Positions 1 to 9,369 of a stretch of DNA of 39,792 bases are shown in pieces. The notes under the pieces were generated by a model. The model had not been told where the DNA came from, ran no database searches, and saw only the letters and a program-made list of their open reading frames with translations. Positions within the stretch are counted from its first letter, which is position 1, and every line of letters starts with the position of its first letter. Source of the DNA: a virus (lineage: Duplodnaviria; Heunggongvirae; Uroviricota; Caudoviricetes); IMG/VR virus record IMGVR_UViG_2703718791_000008, positions 1 to 39,792 of that record. The stretch is one strand, 5' to 3'. The translations under genes were made by a program, and so were the position numbers.

Positions 1-358
1 AGCGAGCATCGTTGATGATGTAGGTGATCACCCCGAACACCGGACGCGATGTGTCTGATGCTTCATTCTTGTCAGGCAACCTCTCTCGCTTGCCATTACC
101 CAGATTCTCCAGGTGAGGCTCTGGGTGGATGCGATATCTTTTAATGCGGAACTCTCCTCCGTCAGCGCAAACCAGCAATGACCCATCACACGGGCTCAAT
201 GATGCGTCTACAACAAGCAAAGCACCCCTCAGGATACCTTCACGATAATGCGTCGCACCGGCACGCATGAAGTACGTAGCAGCTGGCCTGGTTATGATGC
301 GCTGGTCTAATGATATGCGCTGCTCAACGTAGTCTTGCGCTGGACTCGGGAATCCCAT
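1..358 (-). CDS. UmuD'-like protein (LexA/UmuD S24 fold) that begins at the position equivalent to the UmuD self-cleavage site; stop codon lies at or beyond the window edge
   Basis: Minus-strand ORF with ATG at 358..356 preceded by GGAGG; translation MGFPSPAQDYVEQRISLDQ...VFGVITYIINDAR aligns to E. coli UmuD from the Cys24-Gly25 cleavage site to the C-terminus (from memory). Confidence 0.6.
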   Translation of the reverse strand, partial: MGFPSPAQDYVEQRISLDQRIITRPAATYFMRAGATHYREGILRGALLVVDASLSPCDGSLLVCADGGEFRIKRYRIHPEPHLENLGNGKRERLPDKNEASDTSRPVFGVITYIINDAR

Positions 359-375
359 GATGCACCTCCGATAGT

Positions 376-395
376 TACTGTATACATATACAGCA
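376..395. promoter_or_regulatory. LexA (SOS) box upstream of the UmuD'-like gene
   Basis: tactgtatacatatacagca matches the CTGT-N8-ACAG consensus. Confidence 0.6.
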
Positions 396-666
396 TTACC
401 GATCTGCGGCATCGATCAAGAGCAACAAGTGAGAAAAGGCTTAAGTGAAGATAAATGCTGCAAATTTAATCCTCAAAATCCCTAGCCATGCTGAATGCTA
501 TGTTTGTCTGAGCATTTACCCCAACAATCCATCGCCCACTCTGCAGTGGGGGTTACTCCCGAGTCTTGATAGCGTGTGCTCTATACTCTAAGTTCTTTCA
601 GAACGGTAATTTACAAAAACCAGCTTTATGGACTAATTGTCAATATCAAAGCTATAATGTATTTTT

Positions 667-1815
667 ATGATTCCACAGGGCAGTCTAATGGTTGAGCACC
701 AATATTTATACATTTTCGGCATAACCATATTTATTGGCATGGTTTTTTCTTTACCTATATTCAAGTATCTTGATGATGAGGTACATGCCAAGAGAAATAC
801 TGGCATGGATGGATTGAGATATTTTCTTGCTTCATTTGTTGCTATTTTTCATTCTGACTATTTTGTAAGATATATCACGACCGGAAAGTGGGAAACAATA
901 TACAACGACATAAGCTACATAGCTCAGTTTGCAGTGTCGATCTTCTTTATGATAACTGCGTTTTTATTCTGGGGGAAAATTTCTAAAAAGGAAGATGTTG
1001 ACTGGGTCAATCTATACAAAGATAGATTATTTAGGATAGCTCCCGCTACAATATTCACCGCACTGATTTCTATAGTCATAATATTGTATTTAACAAACTA
1101 CCCAAACCCATCAAATTACCTACATGCAAAGGACGTATTTAGGTGGATGGATATGGGATTATTTTACAATTATCCACCAATGAACTACTTCAAGGACTCT
1201 TGGATTTTTCTTGGTGTCTTTTGGACGCTGCAATGGGAATGGGGATTCTATTTTTCTCTGCCGTTACTATATCTCTTCAGAAAAAATGGAACAGCTTTTG
1301 TTCTGGCTCTGATGTTTATATTTGTTTACTTAATTGGATTCATACCCGCACTTAACAATATAAAAGCAGGAATATGTATATTATTTGTTGCGGGTATGTT
1401 GTGTTATGAACTAATTGGTAAGGTTAGGCTAAATAAAATAACGTGCGAGATTATTTTATTGGTCAGTTTGGTTGGGATTTTCACTTATCAACCAGAGCTA
1501 TACTCGACCACTATGCTGCCATGGTATTTTTGCATGCTATTTTCGATATGCAAAGGAGCCAATTTATTTGGCGTGCTATCATTTAATGGTTTCGTAAGGC
1601 TTGGAAACGCCAGTTTTAGCATTTATGTTTTACACAGCGTTGTTTTGTACACGCTTTTCACTTGGATGCATACGAGTAATATAATAAATGAGCCAGAAGA
1701 CTTTAGGGTTATTTATTTAATTGGCAGCTTTGGAATGGTTTGTGTGATTTCATCTTTATGTTACGCATTGATAGAAAGGCCATTCATTAATCTTGGCAGG
1801 AAAGTTAAATTATAA
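667..1815 (+). CDS. Integral membrane acyltransferase, acyltransferase-3 family (O-antigen acetylase-like); possible lysogenic-conversion gene
   Basis: 382-aa ORF, highly hydrophobic and AT-rich; GLRYFLASFVAIFH-type motif typical of acyltransferase-3 proteins; TATAAT at 653-658; terminator follows. Confidence 0.6.
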   Translation: MIPQGSLMVEHQYLYIFGITIFIGMVFSLPIFKYLDDEVHAKRNTGMDGLRYFLASFVAIFHSDYFVRYITTGKWETIYNDISYIAQFAVSIFFMITAFLFWGKISKKEDVDWVNLYKDRLFRIAPATIFTALISIVIILYLTNYPNPSNYLHAKDVFRWMDMGLFYNYPPMNYFKDSWIFLGVFWTLQWEWGFYFSLPLLYLFRKNGTAFVLALMFIFVYLIGFIPALNNIKAGICILFVAGMLCYELIGKVRLNKITCEIILLVSLVGIFTYQPELYSTTMLPWYFCMLFSICKGANLFGVLSFNGFVRLGNASFSIYVLHSVVLYTLFTWMHTSNIINEPEDFRVIYLIGSFGMVCVISSLCYALIERPFINLGRKVKL

Positions 1816-1844
1816 AGAAAGGGGCTAAAAGCCCCTTTCTTTTG
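1816..1844. terminator. Rho-independent terminator, probably bidirectional
   Basis: Stem agaaaggggc/gcccctttct with loop taaaa, flanked by an A-run and a T-run. Confidence 0.6.
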
Positions 1845-1896
1845 GGATGGAAAGATAACACCCAGCATGATTTAGCATGCCATATCAGATTTATAA

Positions 1897-2058
1897 TCAC
1901 ACTGGCTCATCAAAATCACACTCTGGGCAAATCCAGCATTGGAAGCCGTAGCGCTCTCCCTGATACATTTGCGTTCCACATATGGGGCAAAATCTTATCT
2001 CGGAGGCTGGATTTGACGCCTGGTTTTCGTTTTCTGGTGACGCATTAGAATCTGCCAT
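1897..2058 (-). CDS. Small zinc-ribbon protein (53 aa, two CxxC pairs)
   Basis: ATG at 2058..2056 with GGAG SD; translation MADSNASPENENQASNPASEIRFCPICGTQMYQGERYGFQCWICPECDFDEPV; below the ORF-track size cutoff. Confidence 0.4.
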   Translation of the reverse strand: MADSNASPENENQASNPASEIRFCPICGTQMYQGERYGFQCWICPECDFDEPV

Positions 2059-2069
2059 GATTTTCTCCA

Positions 2070-2486
2070 TTAAACAGGATATTGAGCAATAATCGCAGCC
2101 CTGTCATTTGCATACTGCAATTTTCTTGCATTGATCTGTGCTAGGATGGAGTCCTTTTTTGCTGTCTCATTAACACCACCATTAACGGCTGCAGATAACC
2201 ACATCCTGTTTAGTTTCTCAATATCATCCTGATATTCGCTGCTAAGTGAAGAAAGCGCTGATTTTCTCAGTTCAGAATTAGGTGGAGCTAACCTGTCTAC
2301 CCAAGAAGGCATTCCATTAACGACACCTAGTTGTTTACCTTCAGGTGGCGCTGATGTAAATGTCTGAAAAACCATATCATCAATTTCAATGATATCAGAT
2401 AGATCCCATCCAGCATTTTCATAATCATGAAGCATAACCTTTGGGAAAAAAGCTAAATGCATTGTTGACCAAACATAATTAGACAT
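2070..2486 (-). CDS. Tail fibre assembly protein (Tfa-like chaperone)
   Basis: 138 aa immediately downstream of the fibre gene; C-terminal region resembles phage Tfa proteins. Confidence 0.55.
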   Translation of the reverse strand: MSNYVWSTMHLAFFPKVMLHDYENAGWDLSDIIEIDDMVFQTFTSAPPEGKQLGVVNGMPSWVDRLAPPNSELRKSALSSLSSEYQDDIEKLNRMWLSAAVNGGVNETAKKDSILAQINARKLQYANDRAAIIAQYPV

Positions 2487-2487
2487 A

Positions 2488-3381
2488 TCAAATCCCCATC
2501 GCTACCCAAAAAATACCATAAGTGCCGACTGAAAGGTTTGTGTATACATTTACGGCCGAGTTACTAACAAAGTCACCCATCAGAATGGGTGCGTTAGTCG
2601 TTTCCTGACTTCCATTTCGATATGTCAAAGAGATAGAGTAACCAGCTCTAGGGAATGGAATTGGCAAGTTTATTCTAGTTCCCGATACCCCACCAGGAAG
2701 ATTCGTTGAGCCGAATTGAAGTATATCCCCCCCAGGGAGTTTGAACCAACCAGTTCCACTACCATATGAATTTGGGAAAAAAGACATGTCTGGAATTTGA
2801 GGGGTCGGAGTACCAAACCCTTCATTCCCCACGTTTCTTGTAGAAGCCGTGCCAAGACTTAGTGCTGTAATAGCAGCCCTGACAAAGGCAGTCGTTGCAA
2901 GTTGCGTTGTGTTTGTTCCTGGGCTAGCAGTAGGGCCAGCTGGAGTTCCCGTAAACGTAGGGCTAGCTATTGGCGCACCACCAAGGAATGAAAGCAGATC
3001 CACCCAACCCGTCAAAACGCTATTAGGGTTATTTGTATTTGCGTCAATAGTGCTTAAATATATTTTCGTGCCGTCGTCGCTGATAACGGCACTTCCTTTC
3101 GGGTAGCCTCCAATGGAGGTCGCGAATGCGGAGTCAAAGTTGTTGTATGCTCCAGCGCTAAACCAACGGCACAGGGCAGACAGTTCGTAAAGTATCTGGT
3201 TCATATTCTGCCCTTTTGGGGGCAGCCCACCCGCAGATTTCAGCGTCATTGTAATTGGCGGGAAGCCGCTATCGTAAGATGCTGTATTGTCTCCTGCAGG
3301 AGTTGTTGCCAGAATTGGCTCTCTTGGGCCATTAATGCCAAACGGCTTTGGTTGCTTTGCCGGGGAATCTGTGCGGTTCAT
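2488..3381 (-). CDS. Tail fibre protein
   Basis: 297 aa, Gly/Thr/Ser/Asn-rich with a TQLATTAFV collar-like motif; sits before Tfa. Confidence 0.6.
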   Translation of the reverse strand: MNRTDSPAKQPKPFGINGPREPILATTPAGDNTASYDSGFPPITMTLKSAGGLPPKGQNMNQILYELSALCRWFSAGAYNNFDSAFATSIGGYPKGSAVISDDGTKIYLSTIDANTNNPNSVLTGWVDLLSFLGGAPIASPTFTGTPAGPTASPGTNTTQLATTAFVRAAITALSLGTASTRNVGNEGFGTPTPQIPDMSFFPNSYGSGTGWFKLPGGDILQFGSTNLPGGVSGTRINLPIPFPRAGYSISLTYRNGSQETTNAPILMGDFVSNSAVNVYTNLSVGTYGIFWVAMGI

Positions 3382-3383
3382 AA

Positions 3384-4022
3384 TTAGTCTCTGTAAAATG
3401 TTCCATCGTTGAAAGGATATGCATCTGTAGAAAAACCGAAATACGGGCTAACTACTTGCCTGATGCTTACCTGAACCCCACTTGGAACTGGTGTCACTTC
3501 GTAATTGGTTAGTATTGATTCCTCATGTGGGGCTAATTCAAACTCAAATGTAATCCCCATAGTCATATCGCGATAATTAACGCAGTATGCCCTCCCTCGC
3601 TGGTAAAAAAGTATTTTAAGGAATTTATTTATATCTGGAATGGTTGCGATGCTTATATTTGTAAAGGCTTTGCAAAAAATCAATGTTCTGTAAGCATCAT
3701 CACCAAGTCTGACATTCGTTGTTTCCTGAATCCCCCCGTAAAACGGAGAATCATTAAATGGTGATGGGTAATCAGGGTTCCCATCATCTGATTCGCTAAA
3801 TCCAAATGAATCACTGTCAATTGGAGCGACAATGTATCTGCTTATACCTACTATTTTCCCCCACATATCAAGGCCAAAAGATTCACACGTTGTCAAATCC
3901 CATACCTTTTTGATGAATTCATCTGTGAAGTCATCGAGGCTTACCGCCTGATTAAAAGTGTCAATGATAGATAATAGTTTTTTGCTTGCCGAGTATTGGG
4001 TAAGAATTGTGTCTTCCCACAT
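3384..4022 (-). CDS. Tail/baseplate-associated protein (Mu gp48-like position)
   Basis: 212-aa ORF between the baseplate J-like and fibre genes. Confidence 0.4.
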   Translation of the reverse strand: MWEDTILTQYSASKKLLSIIDTFNQAVSLDDFTDEFIKKVWDLTTCESFGLDMWGKIVGISRYIVAPIDSDSFGFSESDDGNPDYPSPFNDSPFYGGIQETTNVRLGDDAYRTLIFCKAFTNISIATIPDINKFLKILFYQRGRAYCVNYRDMTMGITFEFELAPHEESILTNYEVTPVPSGVQVSIRQVVSPYFGFSTDAYPFNDGTFYRD

Positions 4023-4031
4023 ACCGCCCCC

Positions 4032-5261
4032 CTACGATAATGTAACAGTGATATCTGATTCCTGAATGGTTGGAACCTGGTCTATGCCCATAGTCACAGC
4101 AGGTCCGTATAGCGAACCATCGAGAGAGACTTCAAGAGACAAAATGCCAACTGTATCAGGAGATATTGAAATAACAGGAGCATAGTATTTACCAGCATTT
4201 ATCGTAGAACCAATTCGTGCCTTTCCAATACCCTCATACCCTCCATTGAATACAGTGGCAACTATTTTCTTTACTTGCTTAGTTATATCACTTGGGGGGT
4301 TTAGTGAGGCATCAATATTTACCTTAAAGTAAACCCGAGTAGGTGATGCCTTTTGCCATTGCATTACGTAAGATGGATATGGCGGCATGTAATTAACGTT
4401 ATCGTAAACAGTGAACGTTGTATCACCATTCATATTGGCTCCGGGGTTATAAGTATTGAATATTGACTCAGCAACATCAGTATCAGCACCGCCATAAACA
4501 CAAATATAAACAGAATGCGCAAGAATCGGGAAATTCGTTGTTCCTTTATTTACTGTTTCTGCAGTTCTGTTTGACCATACGTAAGCATCAAGCACACCAT
4601 CTGTCGCAAGTAACGCAGCTAATGTAGACGCATCCTGATTTCTGCTGTTTCTGGCAACTGATTGTCTCCGGCGAGTTTCAAAGGCGATCCGTGATTCAAC
4701 ATCAACACCAACGACTCCAGGGCTAATATTATTTACAGCATCCCACCCGGAAACAGCTCGATAAATCTGGTTCAGCGAACCGGAGGCACACGGAATAGGC
4801 CCGGTTGTTGTGTTGACAAACTGCACATCAACAGAGCCTGATGAGGGTATTATGGCATTGTCAATTGACTGATAAATATACCCACTCGTATCAACAGCAG
4901 TGCTACCGGCAGGTATGGTTGTTCCAACCTGACCAATGCATGTTGCTGTAACAACTGTCCCCTGAGCAGCGATCCGTTCCATAAAGTAAATCCGACCAAT
5001 CCCGTCCTGGAATCTGCCAGTTGAAAAGTCAGGGTTAATTTGATTAAACAAACAAAGAAGCTTGTCGTATTCCTGAGCGATAATTTCAGTGTCAGACTGT
5101 GCGATCTGCCCTTGCGGTGAACTCAGTGATTGACTTGCACCACCGCCAAGAGCCGTTGACATGTCTGTAAGTCTTCCCGCCAGCACATCCGCTATGTCGG
5201 GAACTGAAAGACCGTTTTCAGTGATGGTTACATCAGGAACAGCCGTATTTAATATCGTCAT
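4032..5261 (-). CDS. Baseplate J-like protein
   Basis: 409 aa; position and size in a contractile-tail baseplate cluster. Confidence 0.5.
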   Translation of the reverse strand: MTILNTAVPDVTITENGLSVPDIADVLAGRLTDMSTALGGGASQSLSSPQGQIAQSDTEIIAQEYDKLLCLFNQINPDFSTGRFQDGIGRIYFMERIAAQGTVVTATCIGQVGTTIPAGSTAVDTSGYIYQSIDNAIIPSSGSVDVQFVNTTTGPIPCASGSLNQIYRAVSGWDAVNNISPGVVGVDVESRIAFETRRRQSVARNSRNQDASTLAALLATDGVLDAYVWSNRTAETVNKGTTNFPILAHSVYICVYGGADTDVAESIFNTYNPGANMNGDTTFTVYDNVNYMPPYPSYVMQWQKASPTRVYFKVNIDASLNPPSDITKQVKKIVATVFNGGYEGIGKARIGSTINAGKYYAPVISISPDTVGILSLEVSLDGSLYGPAVTMGIDQVPTIQESDITVTLS

Positions 5262-5617
5262 AAGGTGGCCTGTGCAATATTACCATTGATATCTGTAACG
5301 CGGATTGTGCCGCGAGTTGTGCGTGTATTCTTGTCAAAGAAAACTGATGCCAGAGCATCCTCAACGACAGGTAATTTGAGTGCTTCAGCCTGCATTTTCT
5401 GAGCAATAAAACCAGGAGATGGTCGCCTGCCAAGAACTTCTGCCTTCCATGGAATCCCAAGCGTATTGTCGTAATAACACTCTCCAGAAAACACCAGGCA
5501 CGCACTGGCGACATCCTGAGCAACAGAATATGATTCTTCTGCGATCGCCAGATTGCCATTTCCGTCAAGCGTCAAGTCCCACGTAGAAGTGTCCAGTTGC
5601 ATAGTTCTGTATGTCAT
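5258..5617 (-). CDS. Baseplate wedge protein (gp25/W-like, small)
   Basis: 119 aa, overlaps neighbouring genes by 4 bp; baseplate cluster context. Confidence 0.4.
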   Translation of the reverse strand: MTYRTMQLDTSTWDLTLDGNGNLAIAEESYSVAQDVASACLVFSGECYYDNTLGIPWKAEVLGRRPSPGFIAQKMQAEALKLPVVEDALASVFFDKNTRTTRGTIRVTDINGNIAQATL

Positions 5618-6399
5618 GTCGGTTTATCCGTTGCATTGGAATTTATTGTTGACCCACCACTTTGTACTCCTGAAACAGGATGCTTGTGATTGTTATAGTT
5701 GTCCCTTAAATTTTTAACAGTAGATGACTGTGAACTTGCGTTATCCTGAATATCGCCGCTAACTTTAAGTAAAGGTGTATTCATGTTGACTCCACCAGGA
5801 GCATCAATATTTAACGATGAACATTTAATATTTAGCGGATTAGGCGTGGTTATGTTTATTGCACCATCAGAAAATTCAATAAATTGAGTAGGCGAAATGT
5901 TTAATACCCCACCAAGATAAATTGCATCAGATTTGCTGTGTCGTCTTTTGCTTCCGGGTACTGATTCTTTACGATTTTTTCTTACCAGTGATGTGTCTTT
6001 GTCGCAGACCGCAATCAGACCAATATCACCTGCCACAGGATCCATAATTACAGCACTGTTACCTCTCTGCAACCGCCATACGGGAAGATCATATAAAACT
6101 GAGTTAGAAATCATTTTTCCTGTACGGTCTGTTCTGGTAAGTAAAGGAAGAGCGTCAACAACTAAATCCGGTGCATCCCCCCTGACTTCCTGAACTCTCG
6201 CTAACTCAATGAAGAAATATCCAGACATCAGCATCTCAAAAATATATTCCTGAGATTGAGCCTCACTTACCTGAGCAGGCGTTGGAGTAAATAGTTGCTT
6301 ATCCATTATTCTGTTGCGCCTCTGCTCTTTGTTCCGCTGTTCTGGCGGCAATACATATTGAGTGCCATGAACCATTTGGCATCCATGATGATAATTCAT
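5614..6399 (-). CDS. Putative baseplate spike/tail protein; true start probably the internal ATG near 6306
   Basis: 261-aa ORF; its first ~100 nt overlap the upstream gene. Confidence 0.35.
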   Translation of the reverse strand: MNYHHGCQMVHGTQYVLPPEQRNKEQRRNRIMDKQLFTPTPAQVSEAQSQEYIFEMLMSGYFFIELARVQEVRGDAPDLVVDALPLLTRTDRTGKMISNSVLYDLPVWRLQRGNSAVIMDPVAGDIGLIAVCDKDTSLVRKNRKESVPGSKRRHSKSDAIYLGGVLNISPTQFIEFSDGAINITTPNPLNIKCSSLNIDAPGGVNMNTPLLKVSGDIQDNASSQSSTVKNLRDNYNNHKHPVSGVQSGGSTINSNATDKPT

Positions 6400-7288
6400 G
6401 CCGAACGGAGGTTAACTTATACCTTCCGCTTGCATGTGGTAGTTCTGTTTTGATATCCACATATCTTCCAATGCAAAGGAGAGATGAATATTGCGTCTGA
6501 AACATCAGTCCCCCATTTGAAAATACAGGATATCCAACAAGTCCGTATTCTCTGGATATAAACGGAATTACATCGTCTCTGTTTTTTTCTGAAGGCCAGA
6601 ACTCTACTTTTGTCGGTGGCGTAGCTGACATCGCCAGTCCATAATCTGAACAAACCCTATAAAGTTGCTCAAAAACACTTCCTTCAAAATGCGGACTTCC
6701 TGATGTTGTCATCCCTTTTACATTATTAAACACAGCTTCATAACCTGCACTTGCACAAATGGATGAGATGACATCTTCAACACTTTGCGCACCCTGTGCT
6801 GTAAACGGGCTTGCTGGCATGTTCTGTAAATCAACATTAGAAGAGGCTGTTATCATCAGACTGCTTTCAGGAGCAGAATTCATGTTTGCTATTGATGAAA
6901 GCATCGTGCCAGAAAAAACAAGAGAGTCATCAGCAAATACTTCAACATTTAACTTCTGTCCGTCTCCAACAATACCATCAGCCTTCCCTGATATATCAGC
7001 AAGCCTTTCAATTCCTAACCCGTAAAGAGATATATCAGCCTGAGCGCCTCCCCGACCTGTAACAAAGTTCAGTGATACTGTTGACTTAACATTTCTTATG
7101 GAGATTTTATTGTTTCCATTTTTATCAAATGCTGATGATTCATTCGTGAAGTCAAACCGAAGACTGTGATTTTTATACAAGCTCGTTTTCCTCGATGTAA
7201 TACAGCAAGTAACGGCTACCCAAGCCTTCCCATTGCGGGTCCGATTCCCCATCATTATCAATGAAAATAAGGTCTCCCTTAAATCCAA
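6299..7288 (-). CDS. Putative baseplate hub/tail protein
   Basis: 329-aa ORF in the tail cluster; start uncertain because it overlaps the 7173..7475 ORF. Confidence 0.35.
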   Translation of the reverse strand: MDLRETLFSLIMMGNRTRNGKAWVAVTCCITSRKTSLYKNHSLRFDFTNESSAFDKNGNNKISIRNVKSTVSLNFVTGRGGAQADISLYGLGIERLADISGKADGIVGDGQKLNVEVFADDSLVFSGTMLSSIANMNSAPESSLMITASSNVDLQNMPASPFTAQGAQSVEDVISSICASAGYEAVFNNVKGMTTSGSPHFEGSVFEQLYRVCSDYGLAMSATPPTKVEFWPSEKNRDDVIPFISREYGLVGYPVFSNGGLMFQTQYSSLLCIGRYVDIKTELPHASGRYKLTSVRHELSSWMPNGSWHSICIAARTAEQRAEAQQNNG

Positions 7289-7475
7289 GGTAGGAATATC
7301 TTACCATCTTATTCCCATACAGACATGGAACGCCCTGCATAATTGGGACTTCATTAACAGTTAAATCCATGTACATAAAACTCTGTCGCTGAACAAGTTT
7401 TATATTACATTGCTGACCAGCCAGACTTACCGAAATGGACTGAGATTTGCTGGGAAGAACAGATACTGTAATCAT
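7173..7475 (-). CDS. Hypothetical tail protein
   Basis: 100-aa ORF within the tail operon. Confidence 0.3.
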   Translation of the reverse strand: MITVSVLPSKSQSISVSLAGQQCNIKLVQRQSFMYMDLTVNEVPIMQGVPCLYGNKMVRYSYLGFKGDLIFIDNDGESDPQWEGLGSRYLLYYIEENELV

Positions 7476-8287
7476 GTACTCGCCTTAACTATATTTTTTG
7501 CAATATCTGCCGCTTTTTTTGTTGCGCTGTTTGTGACTTCGAGTATTGGTTTGGATACCGTATCAAGAGCGCTCTGGAATTCAGTCTTGATTGTGTCGGA
7601 GATTTTTCCAGTGATTTCGCCAACAGATGACTTCAGTGATGACCATGATTTACTTAGCTCATCGACAGTAGATTCCCTGGCTCCGCCATTGGTTATTTGC
7701 GGATCAACTCCTACATCTCCCTGTGACTTATTGTTATCCGTTGGCTTCTGTTCTGACTGAGATCCAGAGAGGATAACCTCCATTTGCTGAATGACCTCCT
7801 GAAAATCAAGATAAACCGTCAGAAGAGTCACCCCTTTTTGAGAGTTAACTTCGTAATAGTGGTCAACAAGGTCGAAACTCTCCAGAGTTTCCTTTGGCGT
7901 TTCAATATCGTATGTTTTTGCTGATGACAACATCGTTTTGATTGTGTTCAGCGTGCTGTTCTGGCTTGTGAATGTGAGATCGAAAATATTCGGGATGTTG
8001 CCGGAAAAACCAGTAAGACCATTTACGATGATTGCGCATCTTATTCTGGCGGGTTCTTTAACTTTGTTGATGGACTGGTATTTCCCTTTCTCCACCGGAG
8101 CGTTTGTTATTTGCGCCCTTCCACTTGGCTGTACGGATGCCATACCACTGAACTCAAGAGCAACCTCGCCAGTTTCCCTGTCACGAATCACATACTGGGG
8201 ATGCAGAACGCTGTCGATGATCGAAAGCGGAGAGCCACCACCGATAGCATTGAATATGTCTGCTGTGTTTAAATCGATTATGCTCAT
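7472..8287 (-). CDS. Putative tail protein
   Basis: 271 aa, Ser/Thr-rich; first gene after the inserted antirepressor module. Confidence 0.35.
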   Translation of the reverse strand: MSIIDLNTADIFNAIGGGSPLSIIDSVLHPQYVIRDRETGEVALEFSGMASVQPSGRAQITNAPVEKGKYQSINKVKEPARIRCAIIVNGLTGFSGNIPNIFDLTFTSQNSTLNTIKTMLSSAKTYDIETPKETLESFDLVDHYYEVNSQKGVTLLTVYLDFQEVIQQMEVILSGSQSEQKPTDNNKSQGDVGVDPQITNGGARESTVDELSKSWSSLKSSVGEITGKISDTIKTEFQSALDTVSKPILEVTNSATKKAADIAKNIVKAST

Positions 8288-8295
8288 CTACTCTC

Positions 8296-8325
8296 CATTA
8301 AACAAAAACCCAGCCGAAGCTGGGT
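8296..8325 (-). terminator. Rho-independent terminator closing the antirepressor operon
   Basis: Minus strand reads hairpin cccagcttcggctggg followed by TTTTTGTTT. Confidence 0.5.
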
Positions 8326-8337
8326 TTAGTGAATTGG

Positions 8338-8559
8338 CTAGTTATCAAAAAGTCCGTACGTTTCTTCTTCTTCAGGAGTAAGGGGAAGAATCTCAATTCT
8401 ATCTATAGATACCTTTTCAATGTACCCATGAGGTCTGCTTAAAATTAAAGCTCTCTCATGCCACAGAACTCCAAGAATGTGATACCTTCCAGCATCGCCT
8501 TTTACCCTGGCTCTTCCTTTGATTCTTGGCGGCATAATGCCATATTTTTTCTTTGCCAT
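8338..8559 (-). CDS. Hypothetical protein
   Basis: 73-aa ORF, last gene of the inserted module. Confidence 0.35.
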   Translation of the reverse strand: MAKKKYGIMPPRIKGRARVKGDAGRYHILGVLWHERALILSRPHGYIEKVSIDRIEILPLTPEEEETYGLFDN

Positions 8560-9284
8560 TATGCAACATTACTCCCATGAATCAGGTGTTGTAGTGCTTT
8601 AACACCTTCCGCATTGTAGCGGAATGCTTCCACCTGTTTGCTGGAATGTGCAGATTTATCCAGGAAGAACTTCCCGTACTGCTCAGTTTTGAGGTTGTTT
8701 GCGTTAGCAATGCGACCAATCTTGTTGGCCGTTACTCCAAGCTGCTCTGCAACCTCCCCTGCTGAGTAGTAATGCTCTTCTATTGCTGGAAGAGGTATTG
8801 CATTAAAACCAACGATCGGGTTGATTATGTTTGCTGCCGCAGTCTGCTTTGCTTCCGGCGCAAGATTTGGCATCAAATCGAACAGATTGGTAACAGCTTC
8901 AACCGTCATTTTCAATGTTCGCGCCTGGCGATACTCAACAAGTCCACTCGACGATTTACCGCTTTTAATGTGCGCTTCCTGCATACTTTCAAGTTTGTCT
9001 ACAAGTGTTCGGCGAACTGCTTTAGATTCGCGAGCAGCAACACGAAGCGCCTGCTTGATAGTCATGGAGATAACATCAATGTCAGCCCCGTTTTTCCGAC
9101 CTACACTTTTTGTGTAGGTCTCGCCCTCCAATTCATCCTCAATTTTCTCGATGAATTTGTTGTTACGTACTGATGGCTCTCCACATAACTTGCGAGCTTC
9201 ATTAACCATCATCAGAAGACTTTGACTGTCAATGGTTTTATCCGTGACAACGGATCCGATGTTTGCTACATTCTTAAAAGTCAT
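8559..9284 (-). CDS. Phage regulatory/antirepressor-like protein (Rha/Ant-like)
   Basis: Preferred start ATG at 9284 (MTFKNV...) with AAGGA SD; the ORF track extends to 9335. Confidence 0.4.
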   Translation of the reverse strand: MTFKNVANIGSVVTDKTIDSQSLLMMVNEARKLCGEPSVRNNKFIEKIEDELEGETYTKSVGRKNGADIDVISMTIKQALRVAARESKAVRRTLVDKLESMQEAHIKSGKSSSGLVEYRQARTLKMTVEAVTNLFDLMPNLAPEAKQTAAANIINPIVGFNAIPLPAIEEHYYSAGEVAEQLGVTANKIGRIANANNLKTEQYGKFFLDKSAHSSKQVEAFRYNAEGVKALQHLIHGSNVA

Positions 9285-9369
9285 TAGGCATTCCTTATGT
9301 GGTAGTAAGGGTGTGACATAGGCCGCCAGCAGCACACTGGCGGTTTTTTTTTCACCGCCAGATGCGTCA

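Noticed and set aside
1143..1355. 70-aa ORF inside the acyltransferase gene
   Set aside because: Alternative frame fully nested within a well-supported membrane protein gene; no independent start signal.
8772..9173. Plus-strand ORFs (133 and 98 aa) antisense to the antirepressor-like gene
   Set aside because: Antisense and nested within a longer, better-supported minus-strand gene; Cys/Arg-rich low-complexity translation typical of spurious frames.
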